From a virus (Duplodnaviria > Caudoviricetes): DNA of 64,000 nucleotides. Made by a program: the position numbers and the translations under genes. Of this stretch, positions 1-10,193 are shown piece after piece. The notes under the pieces were generated by a model. The model worked only from the letters and a program-made list of their open reading frames with translations. It made no database searches and was not told the DNA's origin. How positions within the stretch are numbered: position 1 is the first letter of the stretch; every line of letters starts with the position of its first letter. Where the stretch lies: positions 128,001 to 192,000 of IMG/VR virus record IMGVR_UViG_3300021426_000063; one strand, given 5' to 3'.

Positions 1-121
1 CTGTTATGAAGATTTCAATATGAATGAATCTTGCTGCCACAAAATTCCAAAATTCTCAAAAGGACCAGAAGAAGATGAGTATGGTAAAGAGGAAGATGAT
101 GAACCAGCAGAAGAAGAATAA
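1..121 (+). CDS. 3' end of a hypothetical protein (partial)
   Basis: Frame from position 2 reads CYEDFNMNESCCHKIPKFSKGPEEDEYGKEEDDEPAEEE, ends at TAA 119-121 and is followed by a terminator hairpin. Confidence 0.6.
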   Translation, partial: CYEDFNMNESCCHKIPKFSKGPEEDEYGKEEDDEPAEEE

Positions 122-125
122 AAAG

Positions 126-157
126 AAAAGAGAGAACATTTAAGTTCTCTCTTTTTT
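126..157. terminator. Bidirectional intrinsic terminator
   Basis: AAAAGAGAGAAC-atttaa-GTTCTCTCTTTT between convergent genes. Confidence 0.85.
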
Positions 158-728
158 ATACTCTTGCTGGTTCTAATACCACATTAACTTTATTGGCTCT
201 CCAAGTAGTTGTTATAATCTTCTGGTCAACCTCATTAGAACTGAAATCAAATTCAAGACCACTCACACCGGTAAAAAGAAGATCATCAAATGAAATCCTA
301 TATAATGACCTGTTGTAACAATCCAAAATTTCCATACCTGGAACAGCAGGGATATACTTTGGATCTGGTTCTGCACAATAATAGTACATAAAAATTTCAG
401 TCAGGATTGCCCAAATGATATATGCTGAATCCAATTGGAAGGTGATGATCATTGACTTCTTCCACAAGAAGTCTGGGAACATATCTGACCTATGTAACCT
501 ACCATAAGGTGTTCCTCTATCAACCTGTTCAATTGGTTCATACTCTGCTGGATTAACTTCAAGTTCAACACTCTTTATACTGTAATTAAGGAAATCAACA
601 ACAGTAGTACACATATTTCCAGGTATCCTGTTAAGAATTGGAGAATACTTTTCCTCTATCTCCTTTGGTACAAATACCTTCGGGAAATCAAACCTGAAAT
701 TATTATTTTTACCACTTAAAAAAGCCAT
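156..728 (-). CDS. T4 gp3-like tail completion / tail-tube-fold protein
   Basis: Start re-called at ATG 728 (MAFLSGKNNNFRFDF), just downstream of a CATAAATA motif. Pattern FLS..NNFRF / ITFQLD / ILD..NR..YRISF.D..FTGVSGLEFD resembles T4 gp3/gp19-fold proteins. Confidence 0.55.
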   Translation of the reverse strand: MAFLSGKNNNFRFDFPKVFVPKEIEEKYSPILNRIPGNMCTTVVDFLNYSIKSVELEVNPAEYEPIEQVDRGTPYGRLHRSDMFPDFLWKKSMIITFQLDSAYIIWAILTEIFMYYYCAEPDPKYIPAVPGMEILDCYNRSLYRISFDDLLFTGVSGLEFDFSSNEVDQKIITTTWRANKVNVVLEPARV

Positions 729-751
729 ACAATACTTAATGTATATATAAG

Positions 752-759
752 TATTTATG
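752..759 (-). promoter_or_regulatory. Putative late promoter CATAAATA
   Basis: One of about 15 copies upstream of structural genes; one mismatch from the T4 late promoter TATAAATA. Confidence 0.7.
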
Positions 760-813
760 AAGAAAGTGGTCATTCTATAAAGAACAACCACTTTTAAAAT
801 AGCAAATCTCTGA

Positions 814-1983
814 TTAAGCAATCTTCAATCTTACAGTTTTCTTCACAGTATCAACACTTTCTACTGGAAGTTCAACTTCCTGACCAACTGTAAGTTTGTC
901 AAGTTCAACAACTTTTGAAGATAAGAAGAATGTGATTCCATTGAATTCCTCTGAAAGGATAACAACACCATTATCAAAGAGGTTCTTAACAACACCCTTC
1001 AACTTGTATTCTGGTGTCTTGTCGATTGTCTCCTTCAACTTATCCCAACCTTCAGTCTTACTTACAGTCTGGGTGATGATTACCTTCTCATCATTGATAC
1101 TGTCAATGTAGAAGTCAATAGAATCACCAACCTTCAACTGACCAGCCTTGAACTTGGCCTCTGTCACCTCATTCATTTCAGATACTGAAAGTAAGGTAGC
1201 AACACATTCATCAATTAGGATGAATACACCAAAATTCTTGATTGATGAAATAGCACCAGTAACAACAGCACCTTTTTCAAGATCATAAAGTCTATCAAGT
1301 ACACTTGGTTTCTTTGTATTGAGATATTCCTTATGAGAAACAATGATACTGTCTTTAATCTGATTAACAGGCATCACGAACAGTTCCTTACCAAGGAGTT
1401 CCTTAAAGTCATTAAGAGGAACAACATCTGATTCAGTACCAGGCATAAAGCATCTTACACCCTTAATGTCAACAATGAAACCATTGAACACATTTGAACT
1501 GTTATATACAATCTCTTTTACAACACCAAGATATGCTGATGTTGGTGTCTGTATTTCCTTAACAAGTTCCTGTCTCAATCTCTCCAACTGTGCAGTCTTT
1601 GAAGAAGCATCAGCAGTAAGATGACCCCTTGCTTTTGTCACAACAACATCAATCTTGTCACCAACATTGACCTTCTCATCTGAATTGATTTCAACAGCAA
1701 CAGAGTGTTTCTGTGAAAGAGCAATGTCAGCTGTTGCTTTATTCTCATCATACCTTGTAATGTTACCCTCTCTGACATCCTTGAACTTACCAAGTTGTTC
1801 ATATTCAACAATAGCATCAAGGATTTCATCAGAACAATACCTTGCATACATCTTCATTGCATCAACCACATATGGTTCATGAGACATAATCTTGTCACCA
1901 TGATGTACAGGTACTTCTACAATTTTGGAATTCAGAGGATCTGATTCAGAAAAGATTTCAACTTTTTGAGTTAAAATACCCAT
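814..1983 (-). CDS. rpsA: Ribosomal protein S1-like multi-S1-domain RNA-binding protein
   Basis: About four S1/OB repeats, e.g. NGFIVDIKGVRCFMPGTE, GAVVTGAISSIKNFGVFILI...LLSVSEM, GVVKNLFDNGVVI...VGQEVELPVESVD. Confidence 0.85.
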   Translation of the reverse strand: MGILTQKVEIFSESDPLNSKIVEVPVHHGDKIMSHEPYVVDAMKMYARYCSDEILDAIVEYEQLGKFKDVREGNITRYDENKATADIALSQKHSVAVEINSDEKVNVGDKIDVVVTKARGHLTADASSKTAQLERLRQELVKEIQTPTSAYLGVVKEIVYNSSNVFNGFIVDIKGVRCFMPGTESDVVPLNDFKELLGKELFVMPVNQIKDSIIVSHKEYLNTKKPSVLDRLYDLEKGAVVTGAISSIKNFGVFILIDECVATLLSVSEMNEVTEAKFKAGQLKVGDSIDFYIDSINDEKVIITQTVSKTEGWDKLKETIDKTPEYKLKGVVKNLFDNGVVILSEEFNGITFFLSSKVVELDKLTVGQEVELPVESVDTVKKTVRLKIA

Positions 1984-2031
1984 TTATTTAATTTTTAAAT
2001 GTTCCAGAACGGAACGGTTAAACATACAATG

Positions 2032-2039
2032 TATTTATG
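2032..2039 (-). promoter_or_regulatory. Putative late promoter CATAAATA upstream of S1 gene
   Basis: Exact motif about 50 nt upstream of ATG 1983. Confidence 0.65.
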
Positions 2040-2043
2040 AAAA

Positions 2044-2871
2044 TTACTCTGCAACTTCTGGTGCTACTTCTTCCTGAGTTGATACCTGATGTTCTTCCTC
2101 TGGAATATCATTCTCACTGCGGTTGAACTCTTCCTCAACATTATTGAGGTCTGTACCAATCTGACGGGTTGCTGCATTGTCCTTCTGAATCTGACGGACT
2201 GCATCAGAAACTGACTGACCACAGTTGGCCCAGCACTCAAGGAAGGTTCTTGCCTCAAAGAATCCCTTACCATTGAAGTCCTCCATAATACATCTCCAAA
2301 GACTCAATACGCTTGCGGAACGAAGGATGATGACATTATCAAACTCCTTGGAGTTGACCCATGCCTTGTTCTCCTCCATATTACGAACAAGAACCATAAG
2401 ATTCACAGCACTCTTTGCAGTGAAGGATACATTATGGTTGAGATATTCAAGAAGCTGCTTAAACACCTTCTTACCCTTTGAAGGGTCAATAGGTTCATCT
2501 TCTTTTTCAGGTTTTGGTGCCATCTCAATATGATACTCCTTAACCGTATCATTCCTATAAGCATCCTCAAACTTCTTTGCCAATGCATCAAGAATTGGTT
2601 TGAGTTCTGACTGTTTATAAGAGAGTTCAGCAATCTTCTTTTCAGTTTCTTCAATCCTTGAATTGGTTGAATCAACATGACCCTTCTGGAGTTCATACTC
2701 ATTTGAACCTACACCAAAAACAGTCTCGGCATTTGCCAAGTCCTTCTGGTGTGCAACCAACTCTTCTTTAAGAGATACCAGTTCACCACGCTGTTTCTGT
2801 AACTCATTTACTCTTTCTACTGCTTCAGCAATCTGCTCATCAGTAATTACATTTTTTACTTCTTCTGCCAT
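2044..2871 (-). CDS. Hypothetical protein, N-terminal coiled coil
   Basis: 275-aa ORF with heptad-rich N-terminus, preceded by TTTGTTATTTTT motif (2905-2916). Confidence 0.75.
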   Translation of the reverse strand: MAEEVKNVITDEQIAEAVERVNELQKQRGELVSLKEELVAHQKDLANAETVFGVGSNEYELQKGHVDSTNSRIEETEKKIAELSYKQSELKPILDALAKKFEDAYRNDTVKEYHIEMAPKPEKEDEPIDPSKGKKVFKQLLEYLNHNVSFTAKSAVNLMVLVRNMEENKAWVNSKEFDNVIILRSASVLSLWRCIMEDFNGKGFFEARTFLECWANCGQSVSDAVRQIQKDNAATRQIGTDLNNVEEEFNRSENDIPEEEHQVSTQEEVAPEVAE

Positions 2872-2917
2872 TTTATTATTATTAAATGTTAAAAAACTTT
2901 CTATAAAAATAACAAAT

Positions 2918-3148
2918 TTATAAAGATTTTATTAAAGACTCTTTATCACTAAATAATTGTTCATTTTCACAAGATACTTCTCTTCCACAAATAAGAACAT
3001 AATACCTTTCAACAGTAACTATTTCTTCATAATTAAGGTTACTTATGAACTGTGCATAATAGATGGAATTTATCTCACTACTTACTACTTGGTTGTCATA
3101 CATCAACCAAACTACATCACCAATATTTCTATTTAATTTTATCTTCAT
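2918..3148 (-). CDS. Small hypothetical protein (SH3/KOW-like), paralog of next gene
   Basis: MKIKLNRNIGDVVW...QLFSDKESLIKSL. Confidence 0.7.
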   Translation of the reverse strand: MKIKLNRNIGDVVWLMYDNQVVSSEINSIYYAQFISNLNYEEIVTVERYYVLICGREVSCENEQLFSDKESLIKSL

Positions 3149-3149
3149 A

Positions 3150-3356
3150 TTATAATGATTTTAATAGTTCTTCTTTTGATGCAAACAACTTACTCTCATC
3201 AACATTATCATCCATATGATTGAGTTGATAAGTTACCTTTACATTATGGGTATTATCTACATTAATCTTATACATTGTGACAAGTTTCTGAACTACCTTA
3301 TTACCAGAAACAACCCATACAGTATCATTAAGATTGTATTTTGTTGAAATTTCCAT
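3150..3356 (-). CDS. Small hypothetical protein, paralog of previous gene
   Basis: MEISTKYNLNDTVW...KLFASKEELLKSL. Confidence 0.7.
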   Translation of the reverse strand: MEISTKYNLNDTVWVVSGNKVVQKLVTMYKINVDNTHNVKVTYQLNHMDDNVDESKLFASKEELLKSL

Positions 3357-3358
3357 AA

Positions 3359-3826
3359 TTAAAATAATGATTTTTCAGTTTCACTTTCTTTATTTGTATT
3401 CTTATCAACCAAGACCTTTTCCTTATTATTGAAGAAATTGGATTTGATAAGTTTAAGTGCATTATCCAATTCAGTCTTATTGATCGCATATGCTTCCTCA
3501 ACCTCCCGGATACCACACTCATTTATTTCCATATACTTGTTAAGAACATCATCTTCATAATATGTCCTGATTGTTTCCTTCTTCTTTTTCTGGTCAATCC
3601 TGGTTTTCAAGAAATTAGGAAGACCATTGAACCTCATTGCCAACATAGCAATAATCTCAGCATCCACCAATGGATCACTGTCAAGTCTATTGACAAGTTC
3701 ACACTGGACAGGAAACTGAGCACTGAAAAGTCTTCTTAACATATAAGAATACTTCCTCTTGTCTTCCTTTGATACTGCACCAGAATTACGATTACAATAG
3801 CAGTTCAGTACTTCATAAAGTTCCAT
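3359..3826 (-). CDS. Possible T4 gp62-like clamp-loader small subunit
   Basis: YSYMLRRLFS..FP...ELVN and basic patch followed by Y....IREVEEAY resemble the gp62 pattern; lies next to RNase H. Confidence 0.4.
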   Translation of the reverse strand: MELYEVLNCYCNRNSGAVSKEDKRKYSYMLRRLFSAQFPVQCELVNRLDSDPLVDAEIIAMLAMRFNGLPNFLKTRIDQKKKKETIRTYYEDDVLNKYMEINECGIREVEEAYAINKTELDNALKLIKSNFFNNKEKVLVDKNTNKESETEKSLF

Positions 3827-3830
3827 GATC

Positions 3831-5015
3831 TTAACCTTTAATAAAACTCATATCTCCATCATCCTTGACACCCTTCATCACATTACTCCTCATCTGGATA
3901 CTGGATTTGTAATCCTTGAACCTTGACTTGGAGAATAAGGTCTCCTTTGTAATCTTTGAAAGAATGGCGGGATTCTTTACACTTTCAATCTCAATATCAG
4001 TTCCCATATTGGTGATCACATCTTCCGGGATACTCTCACTGGTCAATGACACCAGGGAAGTATTGGTCTTTATGTTCTCAAACAACATCCTCCTGGTGAA
4101 CTCCTCATCATTTATCTTGGCAACATCATAGATGACATTACACAACATCTTGACGGTGTCTTCCTGACCATAGATATGATAATCAAACTCACATCCAAGT
4201 TTCTCCTTGAACTGATTATAAATCTTCTCAACAGTCTTCTCTCCAAGACCCTTTGCTCTTGTACTCTCTGTTGCTGCTTTATAATACACAGGGAAAATAT
4301 TGTCAGAGGTATCACCACCAACAATCTTCATAAACCTCACCTTTTCAGGATCCACCACTTCAACATCCATTCCTTCAATGAACCTTTCAAAAGGATCATT
4401 TTCAATGGAGATGGTGAAGTACTCATTAAAGAGATTCTCCTGGGTCACTTGACGGTTACTCAATTTCTTTATCTCCCTGTCCGATGCTTCTGACACCCAC
4501 AGTTTATTCTTCACAGGACCATACTGGATGATGTGTACACCATCTACACACTTCACCAGTTGGTTAAGGTCTCTATCCGTAGACAGTATCAGACTTGACT
4601 TACCCTCATTGAAAAGATAATCACTCCAGGCATAAATCAAATCATCACCCTCACTTCTTTCAACCTGACTTACCTTGACACCAATAGTTCTCAATGTATT
4701 TGCAAAATTACTGATGACAGTATTGAATCCATTCTTATCTATATCTTCCTGGACTTTCTTCCTGTTACCCTTGTATTCCTGTTGAAGGAGTAGATCCTTT
4801 CTCCAAGAATGACTGTCCATAATAAACACAACATCATTGATGACTGGATTCACCTGTTTGATAACAGCACAGAAATCAACCATCAACTTCTTTTCAAAGG
4901 TATCCATATCCTTCTGGGTAGACAAAATCTTTGATTTACCTCCCTGACGGAAAGTAGACCAAAGACTTCTGAAGAAGAAATTATGTCCATCTACAATTAA
5001 TGTAAACCTTTTCAT
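3831..5015 (-). CDS. rnh: T4 RNase H-like 5'-3' exonuclease/flap endonuclease
   Basis: PIN/FEN motifs LIVDGHN, SWRK...YKGNR, EGDDLI, STDRDLNQL, GDTSDNI. Confidence 0.9.
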   Translation of the reverse strand: MKRFTLIVDGHNFFFRSLWSTFRQGGKSKILSTQKDMDTFEKKLMVDFCAVIKQVNPVINDVVFIMDSHSWRKDLLLQQEYKGNRKKVQEDIDKNGFNTVISNFANTLRTIGVKVSQVERSEGDDLIYAWSDYLFNEGKSSLILSTDRDLNQLVKCVDGVHIIQYGPVKNKLWVSEASDREIKKLSNRQVTQENLFNEYFTISIENDPFERFIEGMDVEVVDPEKVRFMKIVGGDTSDNIFPVYYKAATESTRAKGLGEKTVEKIYNQFKEKLGCEFDYHIYGQEDTVKMLCNVIYDVAKINDEEFTRRMLFENIKTNTSLVSLTSESIPEDVITNMGTDIEIESVKNPAILSKITKETLFSKSRFKDYKSSIQMRSNVMKGVKDDGDMSFIKG

Positions 5016-5033
5016 ATATTAAATATAACAAAA

Positions 5034-5726
5034 TTATTCACTGTAATTAGTTATCATTCTTACATCCGGCTTCTGTTCAATAACCATTTGAGGGAATGAC
5101 ATAAAGTAATCGCAAATATTCTTATCAAGTTGCATAAGATTATCTTTGTTGTTTCCAATGAACATATTCATAAAACTTACATAATCATCAAAATGGAATT
5201 TCATAAGGAACTTCCTGTTCAAATAAGAATTTGGAATGAGTTCATTAACCATAAAAATCTTGTTCACCATATCAATAATTACTTGTGAAAACATATCTGA
5301 AAGATTCATCTCAATTGCTTCCAACTTATAAATGTATCTCTTGGTAACCTTTTTCCTCTTTATCAGATTCTCATATGCATCATCTATCTCTTTATCATTA
5401 GTAAAAATGAAATTGATGTATTTCAATTTAGGAAACATCTTCAATGATCCAATCATAACACCAATAACATCCTTATTGACATCAACATCAAGACCCTCCT
5501 GGAAAGTAGATGCAAATAAAAATGCATTCAAGGCATCAATTGCCGGCACTTCCTTCCATTCATTCTCTCCTCTCTTATAATATGCAAGCATCATATTAAA
5601 AGTCTCTTTTAAGTAATTAACACAAATATCACTCAAAGGACAATACAAGGTAATTGTGTGTACCTGGTTTATCCTCGACATCATATCCGTCTTATCCCCT
5701 TTTGTGTAAAACTCCATATCACTCAT
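5034..5726 (-). CDS. Hypothetical protein
   Basis: 230-aa ORF preceded by TTTGTTATTTTT motif (5750-5761). Confidence 0.7.
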   Translation of the reverse strand: MSDMEFYTKGDKTDMMSRINQVHTITLYCPLSDICVNYLKETFNMMLAYYKRGENEWKEVPAIDALNAFLFASTFQEGLDVDVNKDVIGVMIGSLKMFPKLKYINFIFTNDKEIDDAYENLIKRKKVTKRYIYKLEAIEMNLSDMFSQVIIDMVNKIFMVNELIPNSYLNRKFLMKFHFDDYVSFMNMFIGNNKDNLMQLDKNICDYFMSFPQMVIEQKPDVRMITNYSE

Positions 5727-5764
5727 AAATATATATAATTATCTTTTGTAAAAATAACAAAATT

Positions 5765-6256
5765 ATGGCAGGAATCAAAGACCTGAAACCAAAAAGAGGT
5801 GGACAATTCAAACAAGGATACTATGATCCAGTCTATCCTCAAAAATACAAGACTAATACCAAGCAGATTATTTATCGTTCTTCCTGGGAGTACAAACTAT
5901 GTAAATGGTTTGATTTAACCCCAGAGGTATTAGAGTGGGCTTCTGAACCTGTATCCATAAAATATTTCTACACTCTGGACAACAGGATGCATACTTATTA
6001 TCCAGATTTCTATTTTGCATATCAAAAACCTGATGGTAGAATAGTCAAATACATTGTAGAAGTAAAACCAACAACACAACTTCAAAAACCTGAAGAACCA
6101 AAGAGAAAAACAACCAATGCAATCAAGAACTACAATTACTTGATGGAAGCATACATAAAGAATACTTGTAAGAGGCAGTATGCCAAGAAGTGGTGTTCTG
6201 AGAATGGTTATATTTTTGTTTATGTAACAGAAAAGTCAAACTTGAATTTTATTTGA
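5765..6256 (+). CDS. T4 gp4-like head completion nuclease (TnsA N-terminal PD-(D/E)xK)
   Basis: YRSSWE, WASEP, H.YYPDF, IVEVKP and W....G..F..VTE motifs; CATAAATA at 5724-5731. Confidence 0.88.
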   Translation: MAGIKDLKPKRGGQFKQGYYDPVYPQKYKTNTKQIIYRSSWEYKLCKWFDLTPEVLEWASEPVSIKYFYTLDNRMHTYYPDFYFAYQKPDGRIVKYIVEVKPTTQLQKPEEPKRKTTNAIKNYNYLMEAYIKNTCKRQYAKKWCSENGYIFVYVTEKSNLNFI

Positions 6257-6321
6257 TTATTTATTTATAATATACAAACGGGCCATTTCTCATAAATATA
6301 ATACATAAGATAATTATCTCT

Positions 6322-8889
6322 ATGCCAATAGATAATAGTTTAAAAGCATTAACTCAACCTCTTGGTAGGATTGCAGAAATAACAGATGATCCAAACTATA
6401 AAAAGTTACCTACTAATGTTAAGGAAATCAGGGATGCTGTATGTGGAAACGGTATCCTTGGTATATTATCTCATATAGATAAGAATATTGAAGATTTCAA
6501 GAAGAAAGATTCTATTGCAAGATTAACTGGTAAGAAATCTACATCAATCAATCAAAAATCAATATTAAGAAGTACAAACTCAATAGAATCATTATTGGGT
6601 AAGATTCTTGGTCAGGTACAAAGATTATCTGGAAATAGTAGAAGATTAAGTATATCATCAAGAGAACAACAATCAGGAAAGATAAAAGGACTTGAATCAT
6701 TGTCAAGATATGTTGACATCGCTGAAAGATTGAAGTTTATGAAATTGAAGGATTTCCTTTTTGCAAAAAGGAAGATGAATATAATCAGTAAACTCATAAC
6801 AAAAACTCTTGATTTGTTCAGAAGTTTCAAAGATCAGAAAGAGATTGAAGGTACATTGAGTCTTGCAAATTCTTCAATAGAACTGGCAAAGAAACTATCA
6901 AAGATTTCTCTTCTTTCTAAACCAGCACAGATGGGTGTGAAGGTTATAGAAAGATTATTCCTTGGTAAGAAGGGTAAAGGAGGTCTCCTTAAAATATTCA
7001 AAGAACTCAGTAAAAATAAAAGACAAATAGACAGAGGTAAAGAATCAATCAAAGATATATTAAAATCTTGTGGTTCTATGCTTCTTACATCAATGATATT
7101 GACAGGTGTTGCTGTTGTTGGTATTCCAGCAATACTTGGTGCCCTTTTTATGAAGGGTATTGTCTGGATATTATCTGGTACATTCAAGATGTTGAACAAA
7201 GCAAAGAAGAATGCTCTTATTGGTTCTACTGTGTTATTGATAATGTCAACATCTGTTATCACATTTGCACTTGGTCTTGGACTTATGGTCAAAGCAGTCA
7301 AGGGTATGGAGTGGAAAGACTTTGGTAAGATTATGGCAAGTCTTGCTGGTGTTGGTATTACTGTTGCTGGTATTGGTCTTCTTGCTGCTCCTATTGCTAT
7401 TGGTAGTGGTGCATTATTACTTATGGGTGCATCTCTTGGTATCCTTGCATTGTCATTGAGAGCATGGAAGAATTTTGATTCAAAATCAGCAATGACCAAT
7501 ATTAAAGATGCTGTTGGTGGTTTAAAGGAAGCATTTGGTCTTGATGAAAAATCCCATCCAGATAGAAAGACAATTGGACAGAAACTTGGTGGTGGTCTTA
7601 TGGATATTGCTGTTGGTGTTCTTAATTTTGGAAAGACCTTCTTTATGGTTGGTTCATTGTTATTGACTGGTGTAGCACTTGGTATTCTTTATCGTGGTGT
7701 AAAAGTATGGCAAAACTTCAATGCTAAAAAATCAGCAGAGAACATCAAGACATCACTTGGTGTATTAAAGGATGCCTTTGGTCTTAAAGACAGAGATGGT
7801 GAAAGTGTAACTGCAAATGTAAAGGGTGGATTAAATGATTTGATTGGGCTCGCATCATCTATCTTCCAGATGGGTAAGACATTCACTCAAATGGGATCAC
7901 TTGTATTTGCAACAGCAATGATGGACATCATCAGATTGACATTGATTCCTTGGGAATCATATAATGCCACTGCTGCTGTTGGAAATATGAAGATTGCATT
8001 CAGTGGATTGACAGAATGTTTTGGTCTTGAATCAAGTAATACCATTGTTGGAAGTATAAGTAGTGCTGTTACTAACTTCTTTGACCTTGGTGCTGGACTT
8101 TTGAAGATGGGTTCAATGTTTACAAAGATGGGAACTATCCTTATTGCCACAGCAACAATGGATAAGATAAGAGAAAACCTTGATTCATGGAAGAGTTATG
8201 ATTCTGGAAACAGTATATCAAACATCAAGAGTACAATGACTCAATTGATGGATGCATTTGGTATTTACAATGATATAGATGATAAATCACCAGGTATTTT
8301 AAAAGTAGTCTCATCTGTTGGTAGAGGTATTACCAATATGTTCAGTCTTGCTGAAAACCTTACTGAAAAGGGTTCAAAGGCTTCTAAACTGTCTGACCTT
8401 GTTACCTGTGTCGCAACAATGGATAAAGTGAGAGAATATCTTGTATCTTGGAACTCATTTGATCCAAAGGATCCTCTCAGTAATATGAACAATGCCATTA
8501 AGACTTCTGTTGATTCTATCAATACTCTTAATATCTTTAAGGCTGCTCAACTCACTGATGTGTTCAGATCATTCAAGAATATTGGTAATAAACCATTTGA
8601 TAAGTTCACTGCTGCTGTTAATCAGTTTACAAAATCTTGTAATGACCTTATTGATGCAATGAAAGAATATGGTAATGTGACTGTTACAGCAGAAGCAAAT
8701 GGTTCAACTGGTGCTGCATCAACCAGTGTATCTGGTGGTGTTAACATCAATAATCCAAATGATTTGGCAAAGGCAATTGCTGAAGCAATCAAATCATTAC
8801 CTATCAATGTTGAGACTAATCTGTCAGACATCAGGTTGGTTGTTAATAATGAAGCAGGTAGAAGAGTGGTACTTACACTTGAAAATTAA
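6322..8889 (+). CDS. Tape-measure-like tail protein
   Basis: 855 aa, helical Ala/Gly-rich, hydrophobic segments, recurring W..F/YD...A..N.K repeats; next to gp26-like gene; CATAAATA at 6291-6298. Confidence 0.55.
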   Translation: MPIDNSLKALTQPLGRIAEITDDPNYKKLPTNVKEIRDAVCGNGILGILSHIDKNIEDFKKKDSIARLTGKKSTSINQKSILRSTNSIESLLGKILGQVQRLSGNSRRLSISSREQQSGKIKGLESLSRYVDIAERLKFMKLKDFLFAKRKMNIISKLITKTLDLFRSFKDQKEIEGTLSLANSSIELAKKLSKISLLSKPAQMGVKVIERLFLGKKGKGGLLKIFKELSKNKRQIDRGKESIKDILKSCGSMLLTSMILTGVAVVGIPAILGALFMKGIVWILSGTFKMLNKAKKNALIGSTVLLIMSTSVITFALGLGLMVKAVKGMEWKDFGKIMASLAGVGITVAGIGLLAAPIAIGSGALLLMGASLGILALSLRAWKNFDSKSAMTNIKDAVGGLKEAFGLDEKSHPDRKTIGQKLGGGLMDIAVGVLNFGKTFFMVGSLLLTGVALGILYRGVKVWQNFNAKKSAENIKTSLGVLKDAFGLKDRDGESVTANVKGGLNDLIGLASSIFQMGKTFTQMGSLVFATAMMDIIRLTLIPWESYNATAAVGNMKIAFSGLTECFGLESSNTIVGSISSAVTNFFDLGAGLLKMGSMFTKMGTILIATATMDKIRENLDSWKSYDSGNSISNIKSTMTQLMDAFGIYNDIDDKSPGILKVVSSVGRGITNMFSLAENLTEKGSKASKLSDLVTCVATMDKVREYLVSWNSFDPKDPLSNMNNAIKTSVDSINTLNIFKAAQLTDVFRSFKNIGNKPFDKFTAAVNQFTKSCNDLIDAMKEYGNVTVTAEANGSTGAASTSVSGGVNINNPNDLAKAIAEAIKSLPINVETNLSDIRLVVNNEAGRRVVLTLEN

Positions 8890-8928
8890 TTTTTTGTTAT
8901 ATTTAGTTTATATCATATATTATAGTTT

Positions 8929-9918
8929 ATGAGTAAAAATGTAGATAACTACGAAGAGCAGGTTCGCAAAGAGTTTGAATCTACTCAGGAAGAAGTAAAA
9001 GAAGAAAAGCAGGATACTGTCAAGAATCTTGGTAAAGTAGAACTTGACAAGACTATTGAAGACCCAGAGATTGAGAGAATCAAGAACTCAATGAATTATA
9101 TCAATATCCCTCTTGAAACTCTCCCAAGTGGTGGTAGATATTATCCAGAAGGAACAAGAATCAGTATCCGTGCTGCAAGGGTTGGTGAAATCAGAGAATT
9201 CTCTATCATCAATGAGGAAGATCCAAAAGACATTAGGGATAAGATGACTTACATTGTTTCACAGTGTACAAAAGTCTATTATGGTAACACACCTGGTCAT
9301 TACAAGGATATACTTGAAGATGATAGAATTGTACTTGTTCTTAAAATCAGGGAACTTACATTCACTGATGCAAAACAGAGTATCAAGATTCCAGTACCAG
9401 AAGGTGCATGTCAGACACCAGGATGTCATCCACAAGAATCAGTTGAGTTTGATTCAAGTAAACTTGAATTCCTCAAACCAAGTGAGAAACTTGAAAAGTA
9501 CTATGACCCAGTTGAAAGATGTTACAACATTCAGACAAAACACTTTGGAGTAATCAAATTGTATCCTCCTACCATTGGTGTAACAAGTATCATTGCTGAT
9601 TGGATTAGGGAACAGCAAAGAGATGACAAGAAGATGGATGCTGCACTTGTTGATATTCTCCCTTACACAATAAAAGACTGGAGAACATTCTCATCAAAGC
9701 AGGTATTTACCAAAGTAACTGAACTTTCTGGTTGGTCAACAGAGAAGTTCACATTGGTTACCAGATTGGTTGAAGAAATCAGTGTAGGAATTAAATTTGA
9801 AATCAAGGAGACTTGTGCTCAGTGTGGAGGTGAGTTGATTATTCCTGTCACCTTTCCCAACGGATTCAGATCCTTATTTGTTCCAACAATTTCTGATCTC
9901 GGAGATGAACTTCTATGA
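8929..9918 (+). CDS. T4 gp26-like baseplate hub assembly protein
   Basis: LPSGGRYY, DRI.L.L.IR..T and two Cys clusters (C...GC, CAQCG) typical of the gp26 family. Confidence 0.7.
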   Translation: MSKNVDNYEEQVRKEFESTQEEVKEEKQDTVKNLGKVELDKTIEDPEIERIKNSMNYINIPLETLPSGGRYYPEGTRISIRAARVGEIREFSIINEEDPKDIRDKMTYIVSQCTKVYYGNTPGHYKDILEDDRIVLVLKIRELTFTDAKQSIKIPVPEGACQTPGCHPQESVEFDSSKLEFLKPSEKLEKYYDPVERCYNIQTKHFGVIKLYPPTIGVTSIIADWIREQQRDDKKMDAALVDILPYTIKDWRTFSSKQVFTKVTELSGWSTEKFTLVTRLVEEISVGIKFEIKETCAQCGGELIIPVTFPNGFRSLFVPTISDLGDELL

Positions 9919-10165
9919 TAATGTAGTCATTGCTATGGAGAAACTCAATATGCAATGGGACATTATAATGAATTTAAATTTCTATGATTTTCAGAACATC
10001 CTTGACAGTTATACAAGGATACTTGAAGAAAGAAAGGCAGCAGAAGAGGAAGAGGCAAAGAAGTATGGTTATGATGAGAAGAATATGAATCCTCAAACTA
10101 TGATGAACCAGGCACAAAAGAATATGCCAAAGATGCCTAACCTTACAATGCCAAAGATAAAATAG
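9905..10165 (+). CDS. gp51-like baseplate/tail assembly chaperone
   Basis: Overlaps the gp26-like stop; M..L..W..IMNL.FY.F...L pattern; start re-called at ATG 9905. Confidence 0.55.
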   Translation: MNFYDNVVIAMEKLNMQWDIIMNLNFYDFQNILDSYTRILEERKAAEEEEAKKYGYDEKNMNPQTMMNQAQKNMPKMPNLTMPKIK

Positions 10166-10193
10166 AAAAGGATGGTTTATTTACCATCCTTTT
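10166..10193. terminator. Bidirectional intrinsic terminator
   Basis: AAAAGGATGGT-loop-ACCATCCTTTT between convergent genes. Confidence 0.8.

Noticed and set aside
9878-9918. Programmed G/GT-type frameshift between gp26-like and gp51-like ORFs
   Set aside because: No clear slippery heptamer near the stop, and the second ORF has its own overlapping ATG (9905), consistent with translational coupling.
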